Origin: Pelomyxa schiedti
Lineage: Eukaryota; Protista; Evosea
Assembly (NCBI GenBank): GCA_020536535.1
Contig: JAHLWZ010000141.1
Span: 1-55,097 of the forward strand
Direction: 5' to 3'
DNA length: 55,097 bases
Shown here: positions 36,412 through 49,742 of the stretch, piece after piece
Layout: every line of letters starts with the position of its first letter
Position numbering within the stretch: the stretch's first letter is position 1
Made by a program: the position numbers and the translations under genes
Notes under the pieces: model-generated
What the model was told of the DNA's origin: nothing
Databases searched by the model: none
What the model saw: the letters and a program-made list of their open reading frames with translations, nothing else

Positions 36412-39400
36412 CTACAACAACCAGCACAGCCACACACAGCACACAACAAACCAGTTCAGAACAAGTAGCCGGCTGGAAGCAGAAATTGACTCCCCTGAAG
36501 GAGGATTGACTGGAGTGTACAGCACCACTGTAGGTGCAACATAGACACCCGCCTGCCAAGTGCCTGAATTTTCTGCGTATGTTGGTGTATTACAGGTCTC
36601 AAAAGAGAAAGACTCCCCTGAGAGTCTCCATGCCTTTGTGGGTGTTCCTTTTTATTTGTTTTTGAATGTTAGGCGTTTGGAAAATAATGAGGGAAAGTAT
36701 TAATTGTAGAAATACCCCAGAGAGTGAAGGATATTGGTGTGTTTGCTGACACAGATGCATCAGTAGGTAGCCACATTACTACGAAAGTGCTGTACTCATT
36801 CTCAACATTGTATACCCATGCCCTAGAAGATTTAATATGGTAGGAATAGTTTAGTGTTGGCTTTGTTTTTTTTTGGTTTTTGGACTTGGTGTAGGAAGAA
36901 GAAAGGATGGAGGTTCATACTCATCATCCTCCTTGGTTGTTCCAGTAAAAGTGCTGTTGCCCAGTAGTGATACGAGGGAGGATAACGCCTTTAAGGTTGA
37001 CTTGGGTGTGAAAGCTAACTGGCTTTGTTGGGACAGTCCGGATCTGGATTTGTATGAGAAGATATGGAAAACCACTGCAGCAGAAGTTCCAATACCGGCA
37101 GTAAAGGGTATTGCAATCATCACCATCAGCATAGAAAAACCATGTAAGTCGTTCCACTCCAAAGCGGATAAACATCAATGCTCCTCGTATTGAATACACC
37201 GCGGCGGCAAATTCATTAACGCACTCAGTTGTAGCGCAAGAGACCCCAGTAGAGGCACTGTCCCAACCCCACTAGTGTACTACTAAATGGGTAAATATGT
37301 TGCAGAAGATAAACACCTCTGTCAAGAAAACAGGTTTGCCAGGCATATTGGCATTGCGGAATCTAATCATAGACTTCACTGACTGCGTACTGCTGCCAAA
37401 GTTTTCAGGGTATGTACCAATTCTAGAACCAGTAAAATTCGAAATGTAGCTATAGGCATGGACATTCAAGCCATCGAGGTATGAGGCCTACTCTTTGTGG
37501 GAGGAAAAAATAGAAGGGGTGATGCTCCTACCACTCCTTCTATTACGTGAGTGCCAACATAGTTCCCAGAAGATGCATTAAAGTCCTCTTCCGAGGACGC
37601 CTGAAAGGCTCCAGGGATTACGAAGAGCAAAGGGTCTCCTGCTTTAGCTCCTGTGATTTGTTGTTATACTAGACTAGCCAACAATAAAGGTGAATAACCT
37701 GAGGCCATTCCTTGTAGAACGAGTCTGTAAAACGGGGTACTGTAATCCCAAGGTTCGTTTCCAACTTCTAACACCTATAAAATTTGAATGGATAAAGTAC
37801 AATCTCCAAATAACCTTGACAATGCCTGTACTACTCGGACCAAAATGTTGTGCAAAAGCGTACCCATAATTGTACCCAGCTAATTGAGGATTATCCCAAA
37901 CACTCTCGGGAAACATGTCATTAGTAAACTGGGTTGGTTAAAACTAGATCAATTCTTTTCGTTGTGCAACCTGGATAGAAGCTTCTACTTCCAGGCCACT
38001 CTGATTCCATGCAATGTACTCAGTATCCCTAGAAGAATTACAGCGATATTTCTTCAATGAGAAATAAATACCAATTCAACCACCATTGGGCCTCAGTCCC
38101 ATTTCCTGCTGCCATTCCTTCGTAATCAGGAATATCGTCAGGATCCAAGACATCCCAACTCATACTGTGGTAATTTCTTCCTATTAAGTCTTGTTATTTT
38201 CTTGATGGCTTCTCTTCGAGTAAAGGATACCATGTGTGGAGCAAGATGTATAAAGTGATGGGCCAACAGCAGGATTTGTAGGAGTGGAGTATGCCTTGGT
38301 TCCCCAACCCCAGATTCCGTTTACCCCAAGAATATCTGCTATAGTCCTTGTCGCCTTGGTAGCTTCAGGGGGAGGACCATATGGACCGTAATAGTCGTAT
38401 GCTGCAATTTCCCAGATGCTTGCCTTTGCCCAGTCTTTGGTGGTGAGCTTGATGTTCATTAGATAGCAGCAGTTGGATGTTCGTATGCTTGAACCTGATG
38501 GACAATACGAATATACCGCGTGGTTGTTACACGAGGTAAACGAGTAGGGACTGATGGTATAGCATGTGGATAGAGTAAAGCAATGAACTGCCAGTTGATG
38601 TTATCTGTGCTAAAGTGCAGCGAAGCATCTACCTCAAAATATGAGAGGAAGATATCATGTGAAAAACTGTACTTAAAGATGAGGAGCCAGTATAGATTCG
38701 AGCATCAATCCAACCAACATCATGAAGGGAACCCATATCTGCCGTTATATATTCAAACGGCGCTGAGGAAATAGCACACAACTCTGTTAGGGTGAAACCC
38801 GTTGCGGTTGAATTGACGTACAGTGCTTCAACATGCTTTTTGACCATTATTTTTATTCACAACAAGTTATAGTACAATTTCAGAGAGATCACTGCCAAGT
38901 ATCCAATATACATACTGGTAGTTTTTGGTACTGTTCAGTTCACCAACAAAAAAGTGTTGGCCAGACTCACTTTCTAAGAAAACTCGAACTAATAAAATCG
39001 TGAGAACGTTGCTGGTAGTGTGAATATTGAACTTGGGCTGGACGATGTGGAGATTCTGCATCCAACACCATAGAGAGGAGCAGCATTTAGAAGTTGAACA
39101 CGCATCCAAGAAGACTGTCCATCAGAGGATATAGTTTCTCCCGTCATAAAAGAGCCATCTGTTGATCCATACAAGTCGCCCCCACCTGTGTTACTGAATT
39201 TTTTTTTGTTGGAATTAAATTGATAGTGTTTAATTGTAACATTCACCTAGAAGTGCATCTAGTAGTGTCATTACACCCCCACAGTGCTGAATTAGCATCA
39301 ACCCTAGACACATGCCCAGTAGGGAAAAAAGCACCTGACTATATCCAGTCAGTTGCTTTAGTATATTGTTCAATCCCAGATCCATCATAACCTGCCAAAA

Positions 39401-39577
39401 GGTGTCCTGGTTTCCATCAATGGCATTGTAACAAGTCTCAACTGAGGATGAGGCTGTGGCTCCAGTCATTGGAAACCCATAAGTCAGTCCTGCGTTCGAA
39501 TCCCAGCCCCATGCCACTGCGACACCGCCAAATTACCAATGAAAACACATAAAAGGACGGGGGGGGGGGAGGAACAT
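36412..39577 (-). CDS. Probable GPI-anchored clan GH-A glycoside hydrolase with N-terminal F5/8-type-C (discoidin)-like module, multi-exon
   Basis: ATASSSVETCYNAIDGNQDTFWQ (discoidin-like); acid/base VLEVGNEPWDY (~37740-37780); nucleophile KPVFLTE|WGWD; ends SASSRLLVLNWFVVCCVWLCWLL* (hydrophobic tail at the stop). The N-terminal splice/start is unresolved. Confidence 0.75.
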
Positions 39578-39654
39578 TTTGGGGAGCACAGAACGACGAC
39601 TACAGCCAATACGAGGGACAAGGATAATCTTAGTCTCAACATCCCTCAGGGATC

Positions 39655-42458
39655 GTGGGTGCACAAAATTTCAAGTGGTTCCCTTGCACTGAACACGGAA
39701 ATTATGCGAAGGAACTCAAAAAGGACTTTGTTGAGGTTAGAGTTCTCAACTCAGTGAGAGAAATTTGTGCGGGTGTTGTGCGGTGCCCAACCCGCAAGAA
39801 ACGATGGGAAGACTGGGCTGAGACAACAAAAAGAGTGATCGAGGAGTTTGATCGTCAACCAATGAAAAAAAAGATCGGTTCTTTTCCGGAAAAAGGAAAC
39901 AACTCCAATAAATAGCCACCAACAGGCTCGATGGCCACATCCCCGGTACCAACCTCTTCTCGGTCCCACAATCCATTTTCCTAAAAAAGCATCGAACGCT
40001 CGTAGCCTTTGGTTTTTTGTTTTTTTTTTTTTCATTTTTGTATTAACGCTAACAAAACCAAACCTCTGTAGAAAGAGGTTGAGACATTGAGAGGGGGACC
40101 TCCTGAAATACCCAGGGAATCTATTATCTACAACCCAGCGACTGATAGGCTTGGTGGGGGTGCTTTTGGCGATGTGTAAGTTTTCTTTCTTTTTTTTTTT
40201 TTTTAAGCTCTATACTGAGCCCACTCTGTGGCTTCTTGTCATAATTCTTTCACAGCTTCAAAGGTATTTTTTTTTTCCTTCCAAAAAAAAAACTTATGTT
40301 TTGGAAGCAATTGTGCAAGGGATAAAGGTTGCTGTGAAAGTTCCAAAAAAACAACAATGGGCAAGTCCGGCTGAACTTAAAGCATTTAAAGACGAAGTAG
40401 AAATACTCAAGTAAGTACAATTTAATTTCAAAACAAGTAACCCTTTCTTAGAACAATCTTCCACACTAATGTTGTGCTCTTCCTTGGTTAAACGCCTCTT
40501 CCAATATAAACTACAACCAATGAATCAAAAAGGTGCTTGCACTACCCCAGGGAATGTTATGATTGTTCTAGAGAAAATGCTCTGTGATGTTGAACGCCTT
40601 ATTCATAAACCAATCGTGCAGCTGCCAGCTGAGCTTCAGCCACACTTGCAGGATGGTTTATCCCTTTATAGAAAATTGAAGATTGCCCACGACACAGTGT
40701 GATGTTCTTAGACAAATAAAATTCTAATATACTATTACCTTCCTTACCAGGTTCTGGGCGTAAGCTGGTTGCATGATATTTGCAATATTGTGCATAGGGA
40801 CTTGAAGCCAGCTAACCTATTAGTTTCCCTCCTGTCTTTTTTTTATTATTCCTAACACTTTCTTCAAATACACCTAGTTGGATGAAAATTTCCATGTGAA
40901 AGTAACTGACTTTGGTTTCTCTGAAATCTACAGACCTGAGAAGAGACAAATACAAATGAAGGGCACTGGTATGTTTACTCTATAAACCACACGTAAACCG
41001 ATTTTGTCTCTGCACAGCACTGTACACTGCACCTGAAGTATGGAGAATGGAGGCGTGCTCCAAGGCTTCCGACGTGTAGTTTCCTTAGCCAAAAAGTGTA
41101 TCATTTATTTCTGACAGGTACTCGTTTGGTCTTATTCTGTGGGAGCTTTTCACTGAGGAAGATCCTTTTGCTTCGTATAGTGATGTCGAGCCTTTTTATG
41201 AGGTTTGTTTCATTCTCACAGGCTTAAGAGAGATAATTTTTTTCCAGGATATCATTGTAGGAGGCTTGCGACCTTCAATACCCCTCTTTGTACCAAACAA
41301 ACGTGGTCCACCCGAAGCTCGAATTCCTTTCCCTCCAGCCCTTGTACGTTTGCTCTCACAATTTGGTGAGCTCAACAATGCCTTAACAGTCTGCTCTTAT
41401 GCAAGCCTGTTGGAATCAAGACCCAGCTAGGCGTCCTACTATGCCCAGGATCAGGACAATCTTGGAATCGATAATTCTTGAAACAAATATCGAGTCACCT
41501 GCTGGTCGCACTTTCTGGACGAATAATTTCAAAACATCGTCTGGGGTAAGGACTTCAGAACACTGAATTTATAACGTAACTTAAACAAGGAAGGAGGAAG
41601 CTTAAAGGAGGTTATCTCCTTTGAAGAATTCATTGCCGTACTTTCTCGAACTGTGGGAGTGCCAGTGGCAGATTTAAGGCCGCTGCAGTCCTTGTTTTGT
41701 CGTAAGTCTCAGTTCCGCAGTCATTGGCACTCAATTAACTTGTTCAATGAAAGCTGGCGATCACCCAGAAAAAAATCACTGTGGAACTCTCGTGACGATG
41801 TCACAATTTGATTTGTGCCAAAAGTGGTTTGGCAACTTTTTCATACATGCAGAGGGCATTCCTGTTCTGCAAGAGGTATTGTCCCTCATTTGCACAAAAA
41901 ACTTACCGCGGTATTTTTTCCAGATGATTCAATTGCAAGGAGAACCGTAATTATTTTCCTCTCGAAAAAGATTGGTCAATAACCCAGTATTGTACAGGTG
42001 GTTTATGCAAGATTTAAACAAAGATATAACTGACCTGTGGCTTGGGGACCGTGAGGAAGGATACTTCCTCGTTAGGCTGAGCAAAAGCACTGCCTCCTCA
42101 CACCCATTTACCATTTCCAAGCGCAAATCTGGTGTCATTGTCCATCGAAGGTAATTTCCCCAATGTTACGGCATCACTCCTCCACCACACTGCTATTCAA
42201 AACAAGCCCATAACAATAACCATTCCACACAGAGTCCAGAGGCTCGCCTACGACCCACAGGCACCAGAACGCTACTCCGTTGAGACTGGAATTCCGCCGG
42301 GATACCTGAATTCATCCAACATGGTGCACTTGGTAAATCACCTCAGGGACATGCGGAGCCTCACACACGTGTGCCCACGTGAGAGGGAGGTCAGAAGCAG
42401 TGTCTATGTTGATGTGAGCCTCAATAGAGCCAAACCCCTTCCCTCAGGACACAGTTAA
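39655..42458 (+). CDS. shk: Shk-type TKL protein kinase with C-terminal SH2 domain, multi-exon (start uncertain)
   Basis: LGGGAFGDV, VAVK, HRDLKPANLL, DFG, APE, SDVYSFGLILWE, CWNQDPARRP; then an SH2 with GYFLVRLSKS (Arg betaB5). This kinase-then-SH2 order is as in Dictyostelium Shk kinases. Confidence 0.87.
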
Positions 42459-42652
42459 CTCATACAACCACAATAACAACAACCCTAACACACCACGAAA
42501 CTTCGAAAACCAACAAAAAAAACAAACAAAACAAAAAACCCTCAGATTCGCTTTCTTTCTTTTTCGCCGCTGAAGTGTCAATCACCGAACGTTAAAAATT
42601 CGATGGTTGTTAGATAAATTAAATAATTAAACACTAGGAAAGAGGGGTGATA

Positions 42653-43440
42653 ATGTCGGCGACAGCCTCGGCATTGCCGAACCCGCCGCGACTGGTTGAG
42701 TACGAACAGTTGAGGTTTCTGGTTTTCGAAGAGCCTTCTGACGAGTTGTTGCCGTTGTTTATCAAAGTATGTAAGATCTTGCTTTTCGTATGTGGGCCGA
42801 AAACCCGAGTGAGAGTTGGTGGGTATCAAATTAACAAAGACCAAAAAAAAAATATGGTAGGAATTCACAAAATACGGTGTGCAACACATTGTTTCGGCTT
42901 GTGCTATATGTTATGATAAGGCTGCATTGGAGTCCAAGGGGTACATTCACCACGTAGTCTATATTTCCTCCTCTTTTTGCGTTTTCGACAGTTTCACTCG
43001 TGTTTATCAATGTATACTGAAAAACGGCCAAGAGTACTCACATTTAGAAAGGAACTCAAGTTCACTGATGGAGCCGCACCACCTGATGATGTGATTACCG
43101 AGTGGATAGAGCTAGTCTTCAGCGTTTTTGGAAAAGACGAGGGTGTAAAGGCGACCCAGGCCATTGGGGTCCATTGTGCCGCTGGATTGGGCAGGTACTT
43201 CGTTTAACTACAACAAACACTAAGTTACAATAGGGCTCCTGTTCTTGTAGCCATAGCAATGATTGAACAAGGAGCAGAACCATTAGAGGCCGTATCCCTT
43301 ATACGAGAAAAGTGCCCTGGGGCAATAAATACCCCGCAAATAAGGGTAATATTCCACTCTCATATTTATGTACCCAACAAAATATACAGTTCTTGCAAAA
43401 CTACAAGCGCAGGAACAAATCCAAGTGTAATATATGTTGA
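42653..43440 (+). CDS. PTP4A: PRL/PTP4A-family prenylated phosphatase
   Basis: LRFLVFEEPSD; FTDGAAPPDDVITEW; VHCAAGLGR|APVLVAIAMIEQG; GAINTPQ; C-terminal polybasic stretch plus CaaX KRRNKSKCNIC*. Confidence 0.92.
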
Positions 43441-43589
43441 TCAAGGTGTAAAAAAAAATAAATCTCCTATGCTTTGCCGCGTTGCATTATGTATGCCCGA
43501 GTTTTCTTATTCACCAAAAAAAAAAAGAAGTAGTCCATCTTTTTCCTCTGTTAAGGCACAGTGTTTCAACAACTGTAAGTCAAAGGCCC

Positions 43590-44326
43590 TCAGACACTGT
43601 TTTCTGATTTAAGTGGTACAGCAAGTGATACAACTTGGTGATTGGCCTCGTAAAGGGCAACAGCAGGATAGTACTTCTCAGCTGTAAGTACGTCAGGTCC
43701 AGCAGCTGTACCAACCTACAATCACTGATCAGTGACGGGAGAAAAAAAAGCAATACTTACCCTGGTTCCATTGAGGTAGAATGTGCAGGTCTTGGCTTCC
43801 ATATTGAGGTAGATGCCAATCACAGCACCCTTTCCAAAGATTGGGCCGAAGGACACATTCTCTGACATCCTCCATGCGCATCCAGTGCCAGAGTGGTAAG
43901 AGCAGCCGTCCTTCTGAGCTCCAGGATAGAAACTCACTGTGAAGCAAAGCTTGAAAATACCCTCACACACACCAGGCAATATGGTACTACTACCCATTTC
44001 CCCAGTCTGTTTCAAAAAAAGGTTAGGTTCTAGAAACACACATTCAAAAAAAAAAAAAAAAAAGGGAACCAATTGCACACAATTTTTAGTGCCCAGAAGT
44101 GATGACCCGAGGCGAAGCCCTCAGTTCCAATGACACACCGGTGTCCAGTGATGGTAGTAGTGGGATGAGCAACTGTGACAACAGTGTTGGCACGGTCGAA
44201 AACGAGGAGAGAAGCGGCCTTGGAGGGGTCCCAGTGCACTTGGTGCAAGTGGAGATGAGGAACCCAACATAGGTCTGAAGGGACTGTGAAGCACTCTATC
44301 TCGGTGGCGGCTGTTGTGGTTGCCAT
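43590..44326 (-). CDS. SPRY/B30.2-domain protein
   Basis: CVIGTEGFASGHHFW; FGPIFGKGAVIGIYLNMEAKTCTFYLNG; last exon KYYPAVALY...ENSV*. Confidence 0.82.
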
Positions 44327-44672
44327 CTTGTTCTCGACTGTTTATTCTTGTTGTTTTGTAGTTCGAACGGATGAAGTTAAGTTTTAAGCACAGAAAAACG
44401 AATTGCAGGAATTCATGGGAACTTTCGAAAAGCCGTTGATTTTGGCATTCTGGTAAGGCCCAAAGATTCTTCTCCCAAAACAGACACACCAACCCCCACC
44501 TGCTGGCAACTCTTGGTCCTACGAATACAAGAAGGTCGTGAGTGTGCTCAGAGAGTTCCCCTGTATCCACGGTTCTTCCTGAAAAAGCTTGTGGCATGAT
44601 GCTTCGCTTAACGTCATCAGAGAAGTTTTCGTTGAGTGCCAAATCCTTTCACGATTTTTTATCCATCTCGAG

Positions 44673-47600
44673 ATGTCTACCACCAAAACCGACAAGTCTG
44701 AACGAGTGCAAGTCGTTGTGAGGTGTGATCGTGTGTTGTACCACACACGCGCGTCGTTATATCTAACAGTACCAAGATGTCGACCAATGACGAGCAAAGA
44801 GGTGACAATGAAATGCAGAAGGTTCATTTTACCTGGGAGACATGCCCCTTCCTTCTTAATTTTTTTTTTTTTTTTTTACAATATAGTTGTGTGGATGTTA
44901 ATAAGTTGGACGGCTCTATCACCATAACAAGACCTGATAAAGTGGCTGGGTATAACGCCAGCAACCCAAAGTCTGCCCTAGAGGAGTTCTCTTCACTTCC
45001 AAAGACAAAATCCTTCACATTTGACTCTGTGTATGGTCCAGAGTGAGTACCTCATTGAGACCGACGAAAAATCTTATTTTCTTGCACCCAGATCCACGCA
45101 AAGGGAGATTTATGAGGAAACAGCTGCACAAATTATTGATGCTGTATTTAAAGGCTTCAATGGGACCATATTTGCTTATGGTTTCCCCGCTTCTATAGTT
45201 ATACCATATAATTTCTCCCCCAGGGCAAACTGGGTCTGGGAAGACTTGGACAATGGAGGGGAAACCAACTGCCGAGTTACAGGGCATTATGCCCAATGCT
45301 TTTGATCACATATTCAATAAGATCATTCTTGCCGAGCAATCAGTTTGTAATTTACTCCCGTCTTCCCAAACTCCAACATATAAAGCAATATCTTGTGAGA
45401 GCATCTTACCTCGAAATTTACAACGACGAGGTGTCTGATTTGCTTGCTAAAAATCAACCAAAGCTTGAAGTCAAACAACTCATTCATGAGAATGGAAATA
45501 CGGAGTTTTACGCCAAAGTAAATTGTGTCTGATATAGGTCCTATTGACAATTTCCAGGGGAAAAGTGAGGTAGATGTGAGCCAAAAAGAGGAGTTAGATA
45601 GACTTCTTGAAATAGGTCACTCACATCGGCACGTAGCAGAGACACTCATGAACGACCGTTCTTCCCGGTCTCATGCAATATTCATCATTACTGTGGAGGT
45701 TTGCTCAATAATTCTAGCTGTTTTAATTCCTTGAAGTGCAGCACTCCAGGTCCGACTGGAAAACCCATTGTCACCAAAGGAGTGCTGAATATGGTTGACT
45801 TAGCTGGTTCTGAGCGTCAAAAGAAGACACAAGCAGAGGTTAGGGTTAAATTCAGCATGAAATTGTAAATATATGTCAGGGTGATGTATTGAAACAAGGA
45901 GCAAAAATAAATTTATCACTTTCTGCTCTGGCCAATGTAATAAGGTACCTGCAAGCCAGAAAATATTCGTACTAATATTCATTTTATATTCCACCTCTAG
46001 TGCATTGGTTGCCGCCAAGGATAGGCACATTCCATATAGGGACTCACGTAGGACTTTACTTCTGTGTGTTTTATAGACTAACTGGGAATAAGAATTGACT
46101 AAGCTATTGATGCATTCGCTGGGAGGATCTTGCAAAACAGTTATGATTGCAAACTTGTCACCAGCGGATTATAACTTTGAAGAGTCTTTAACAACGTTAC
46201 GGTATCTTTTTGAGGTTGTATCCTTCCTATTCATCTCCTTATCAGATATGCACACAATGCAAAAGACATAAAAAATACACCTACAGTAAACGCAAATCCG
46301 AAAGATGTACTCATATCGGAGTACCAGGCAATAGTTAAAAAGTTTTATTGCACAGGCTCCAAATAGTCCATTTAAATTTGCTTTCAGATTACAGGACGAA
46401 ATTGCTGCTCGTAGGTCAGGAATCTTCCCTAGCCCTTCCGGTTCCGTTCCGGGAACCCCAGGAGTGGAGGGGATTTCTCCCGATTTACTGCAAGACCTTC
46501 AGAAGGAAACTGAATCTGAAGTTTCAAGAATTCTACAAGAGAAGGGATATGCTGAGGAAGTACGTTTGCTTTTTGCTTTCTTTGTGTAATGCCCAACAGG
46601 AGATAAACAGAATACAAGACCAACTGAAACACGTGGCTGCAATAACTCAACAACAGCAACGCGAGCGCGCAGACTTGGAGGCTCAGCTTAGAAAAATTCA
46701 ACAGAAACTTTCTGGAGGTGGTACCAGAGCACTAATAGACGAAAACAGGAGACAAAAAGCCTTGCTGCAGCAGCACCGTTTGCAGCTTGAAGCCAAGCAG
46801 GTTAGCGCCATTTGAGATGGAAATTCTAATACCTTTCCTTAGATGGAAGAATTGCGTTTAAGACGGCAGGTACAATCACAGCGACAACAAGTTGAACTTC
46901 TTGTCGATAAGTGTACAGACCTCACATCAAGACGAGATAACATTTCCAAGAGTCTTAAAACTGTATAGTTTCTCTTTGCTAATCTTTGCTTAAATACCAC
47001 AGTTATATGCCAAGTATGTTTCCGCTAAACAGGAAATTTCCGATTTACAAGAAGAAGTATTAGACCAATGTTTTACTTGCGGTATTGTCTAATGTTACCC
47101 TGAAGTTTCAACGTGACCGTGAATATATGAATGAGGAAATCCGGAAACTAACAAGTGCTCTTCAGCTGAAGATGATAATAGTTTCCAGTTTCATACCCAA
47201 GCATGAGGCTTGTCATATTCATTGGAAGTTGATGAAAAATAATAGTGACTTAAGGTCGAAAAAATCAAAGCAAGAGCACAGTGGGATGACGAGAAGTTGA
47301 CATGGAAGCTTCTGCCTCTCAAAGATGACCCAAAGTACGCAAATTTCGGCTCAAAAACTGCGTACTAATACACTTCAAGAACACTTGAAATCACGCGGAA
47401 TTTGATAGGAAGACCTAAAATTTCCCCAGCCACTCAACCAGTCAAGGTACCTCCCTAATGCACAGTGCAAATTCAGCTGACTAAACACATATTAAGTTCA
47501 CCCTTGACATGCCATCACGGCATACACAAGATTACACAGAACCACCTCCATCTCTTAGAAATGAAGTTCAATCCGTTGTGCGGGAACTCGCTACACCAGA

Positions 47601-47823
47601 AAATATGCCCCGGGTTTCCGCGTATGCATATTCCCATCAGCTTATTTTTCTATCCTCTTACATCTTTCTTTTTTCAGTGAGAGCTTTCCTAGTGTTGTTC
47701 CCAATACCAAGTATACCCATTCATTCTCCCTTCATCTCACCACAACTCAACAAATACAAAGGAAACATGGCAAAAGCTGAAACCCGAACCCATTTCTGTA
47801 ATAAATGTCAAAATTTTATGTGA
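44673..47823 (+). CDS. KIF3: Kinesin-2 (KIF3/FLA10-like) motor subunit, multi-exon; 3' end approximate
   Basis: ERVQVVVR|CRP; FTFDSVY; [10 protein letters not shown]|QTGSGKT; NDRSSRSH; VDLAGSER; neck [13 protein letters not shown]; stalk [10 protein letters not shown]|[15 protein letters not shown]...[14 protein letters not shown], typical of kinesin-2. Confidence 0.87.
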
Positions 47824-47858
47824 ATAACAAGTGACTCGAATTGAAGTTTTCTTTTTCT

Positions 47859-49580
47859 TTAGTAGGCTGAAAGCCAGCGAATAATGTTTATCATAACAGC
47901 AGACCCCAAACAACGCAAAGGGGTGCGGGATTGGTTTTGTCCAAAGCAAGTCATTAGAACCCATACAATTTCCTTGAAAGAGGGTAGCATTATGAAATGC
48001 AACTCTGGGCTCCACATCACTCTCATTACCGCCGTGATACATCTATCAGAGCATGCAAGGTGTTCTATCTGATTGGTTTTTTTTTTTTTTTGATTCAAGT
48101 TATGAAAGAGAGGGAGACTGGACATACCGTGGCATCGGGAATAGGTGGTAATACTATCCTGGTTGAATTGTCTCTCCAAAGTACTATTTGGTTTGAGGTG
48201 GAAGCAACAGCCTGTGTTCTGCTGCAGGCAATATGTGTAAATGGTGGTGTAATTCCGTCAGTTGCATCAGCTGGAAGCCGGTCAATTTTAGCTGGTAGGA
48301 TTGGAGACCCAGTTCTGCCTAGCATATCACCACCCCAGGAGTAAACGTCGCCATCCAGAGACAGTGCAAATGCAGTTCGTACTGAAAAAATAGAGTTTCA
48401 CAGAGTCCTTTGGTTAGGGAATGAATTAATACAGGCTCATACCCGATTGAGCAATGTCAACTACATGCACATCATTCAAGGTTGTTATTGGTACAGGATT
48501 TTCTGCCCATGACATGTTGAACTGTGTGTAGGAGTGCTTGCCAAGCCCAAGCCTTTCTTTGGGTTTGTAATATTTCGATAGGTAAGATTCACCTATATGA
48601 AAAGTCTCTTCCTTGTACAAAAGCTTTCCCTGTTCGTGGATTCCAAAAGAATGTATACGTGTACGCTCCTCCAGGGCCCATATCAGAATAGGAACTGACC
48701 TGAATAAAGTAAGATACAATAAAGAAACCTCTTCTCAAGTAGCACCTTGGACACTCCAGCGGAAATCAAATCAGGGGGCACTGCCTTGCTGTGCCCCACG
48801 GTATTTGTGCAACACATAAATAGTTTTGAACCACCTCTTGTAAGTGGGTTAAAGTTTTTCAGGTTGATTAGTGTACTTGTGCAGTGCAGTCATGTAGTGG
48901 TCCCCGGAACTAATGGATAAAACCGGCGAATTTACGCAGCCATGGGTGGAGACAATATCCAGAGAATGAACTACGTGGATATTATCCTCTTCTCTCCTTC
49001 TACCTGCCAGATAGAACTTGGGGGATTTAGGCTGAGCTATTACAGCCATAAATTGATCAGTTGCTGTCATTGTAATCACAGGTTGCGCTGTAGGTAGCAC
49101 AATTTCACTGGAAGCAAGCAACCCCTATTATTTTGGTATGTTTAGTGCTGTTATCTCCCATCCTCTGTTCTAATTCTAATTTGGTTTTAATAGAAATTCC
49201 ATGCAAACCTCCTCTTCAGCTCTACTCTGCAGTTGCATTGTATATTGGTCGCGCACAGTCGAAAGGGGCATAGGCTCGGCCGGTGCTGGCCAGACAACAA
49301 TCCTGCCACATCCCGATTGTGGGATGCGGTCGCCGCCGTCGTGGGCATCGCCATCCCCTCGTGTCCCATAATTCTCTTCGCCTAGATCCAACAAGGCCGC
49401 CGCCCAACCGTCGTGCGTGCAGCACAGCCGCGACACGCGAGGCCAAGACATAAACGCCGTAGGTGGAGGATTCCCACAATTGAGGCGCCGCTGCGCCCCC
49501 ACCACGCACGCCACCCCGCGGAATCCCCAGTGCCTGAGGGTCGAAGGGTCTGAGGAACCGCCTCCAGTGGGTGCTCCCAT
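47859..49580 (-). CDS. Divergent RCC1-like beta-propeller protein, multi-exon; 3' end approximate
   Basis: Segments VLSISSGDHYMTAL, RLGLG...PVPITTLNDVHVVDIAQS, FALSLDGDVYSWGG...LGR, FTHIACS. ATG at 49580. Confidence 0.65.
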
Positions 49581-49742
49581 AATGTCGTCCACTTCCACAG
49601 TCCCAGTGCCTGTCGGTGCACGTGCAGCCTGTGCAGCCAGTGCGCAATCAACAACGACAACGCAACGCACCATTGAACAACAAAAAAACCCAAAGAAAAA
49701 TTGTTTGTTTCGCTGGAGTGTCGGTTGAAGGGACGTTACGAA

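Noticed and set aside
39450-39511. tRNA-like string (GAGGCTG...GTTCGAATCCCAGCCCCA)
   Set aside because: Only ~62 nt, T-stem and acceptor stem overlap, no D or anticodon stems, and it lies on the antisense of the hydrolase coding exon (W-D-S-N-A-G).
39560-39570. G11 tract as a programmed slippage switch for the hydrolase N-terminus
   Set aside because: A 42-nt GT-AG intron restores the frame without slippage, and homopolymer length is error-prone; cannot be supported without reads.
39655-42458. Kinase-SH2 fusion as a novel architecture
   Set aside because: Already described as the Shk family in Amoebozoa.
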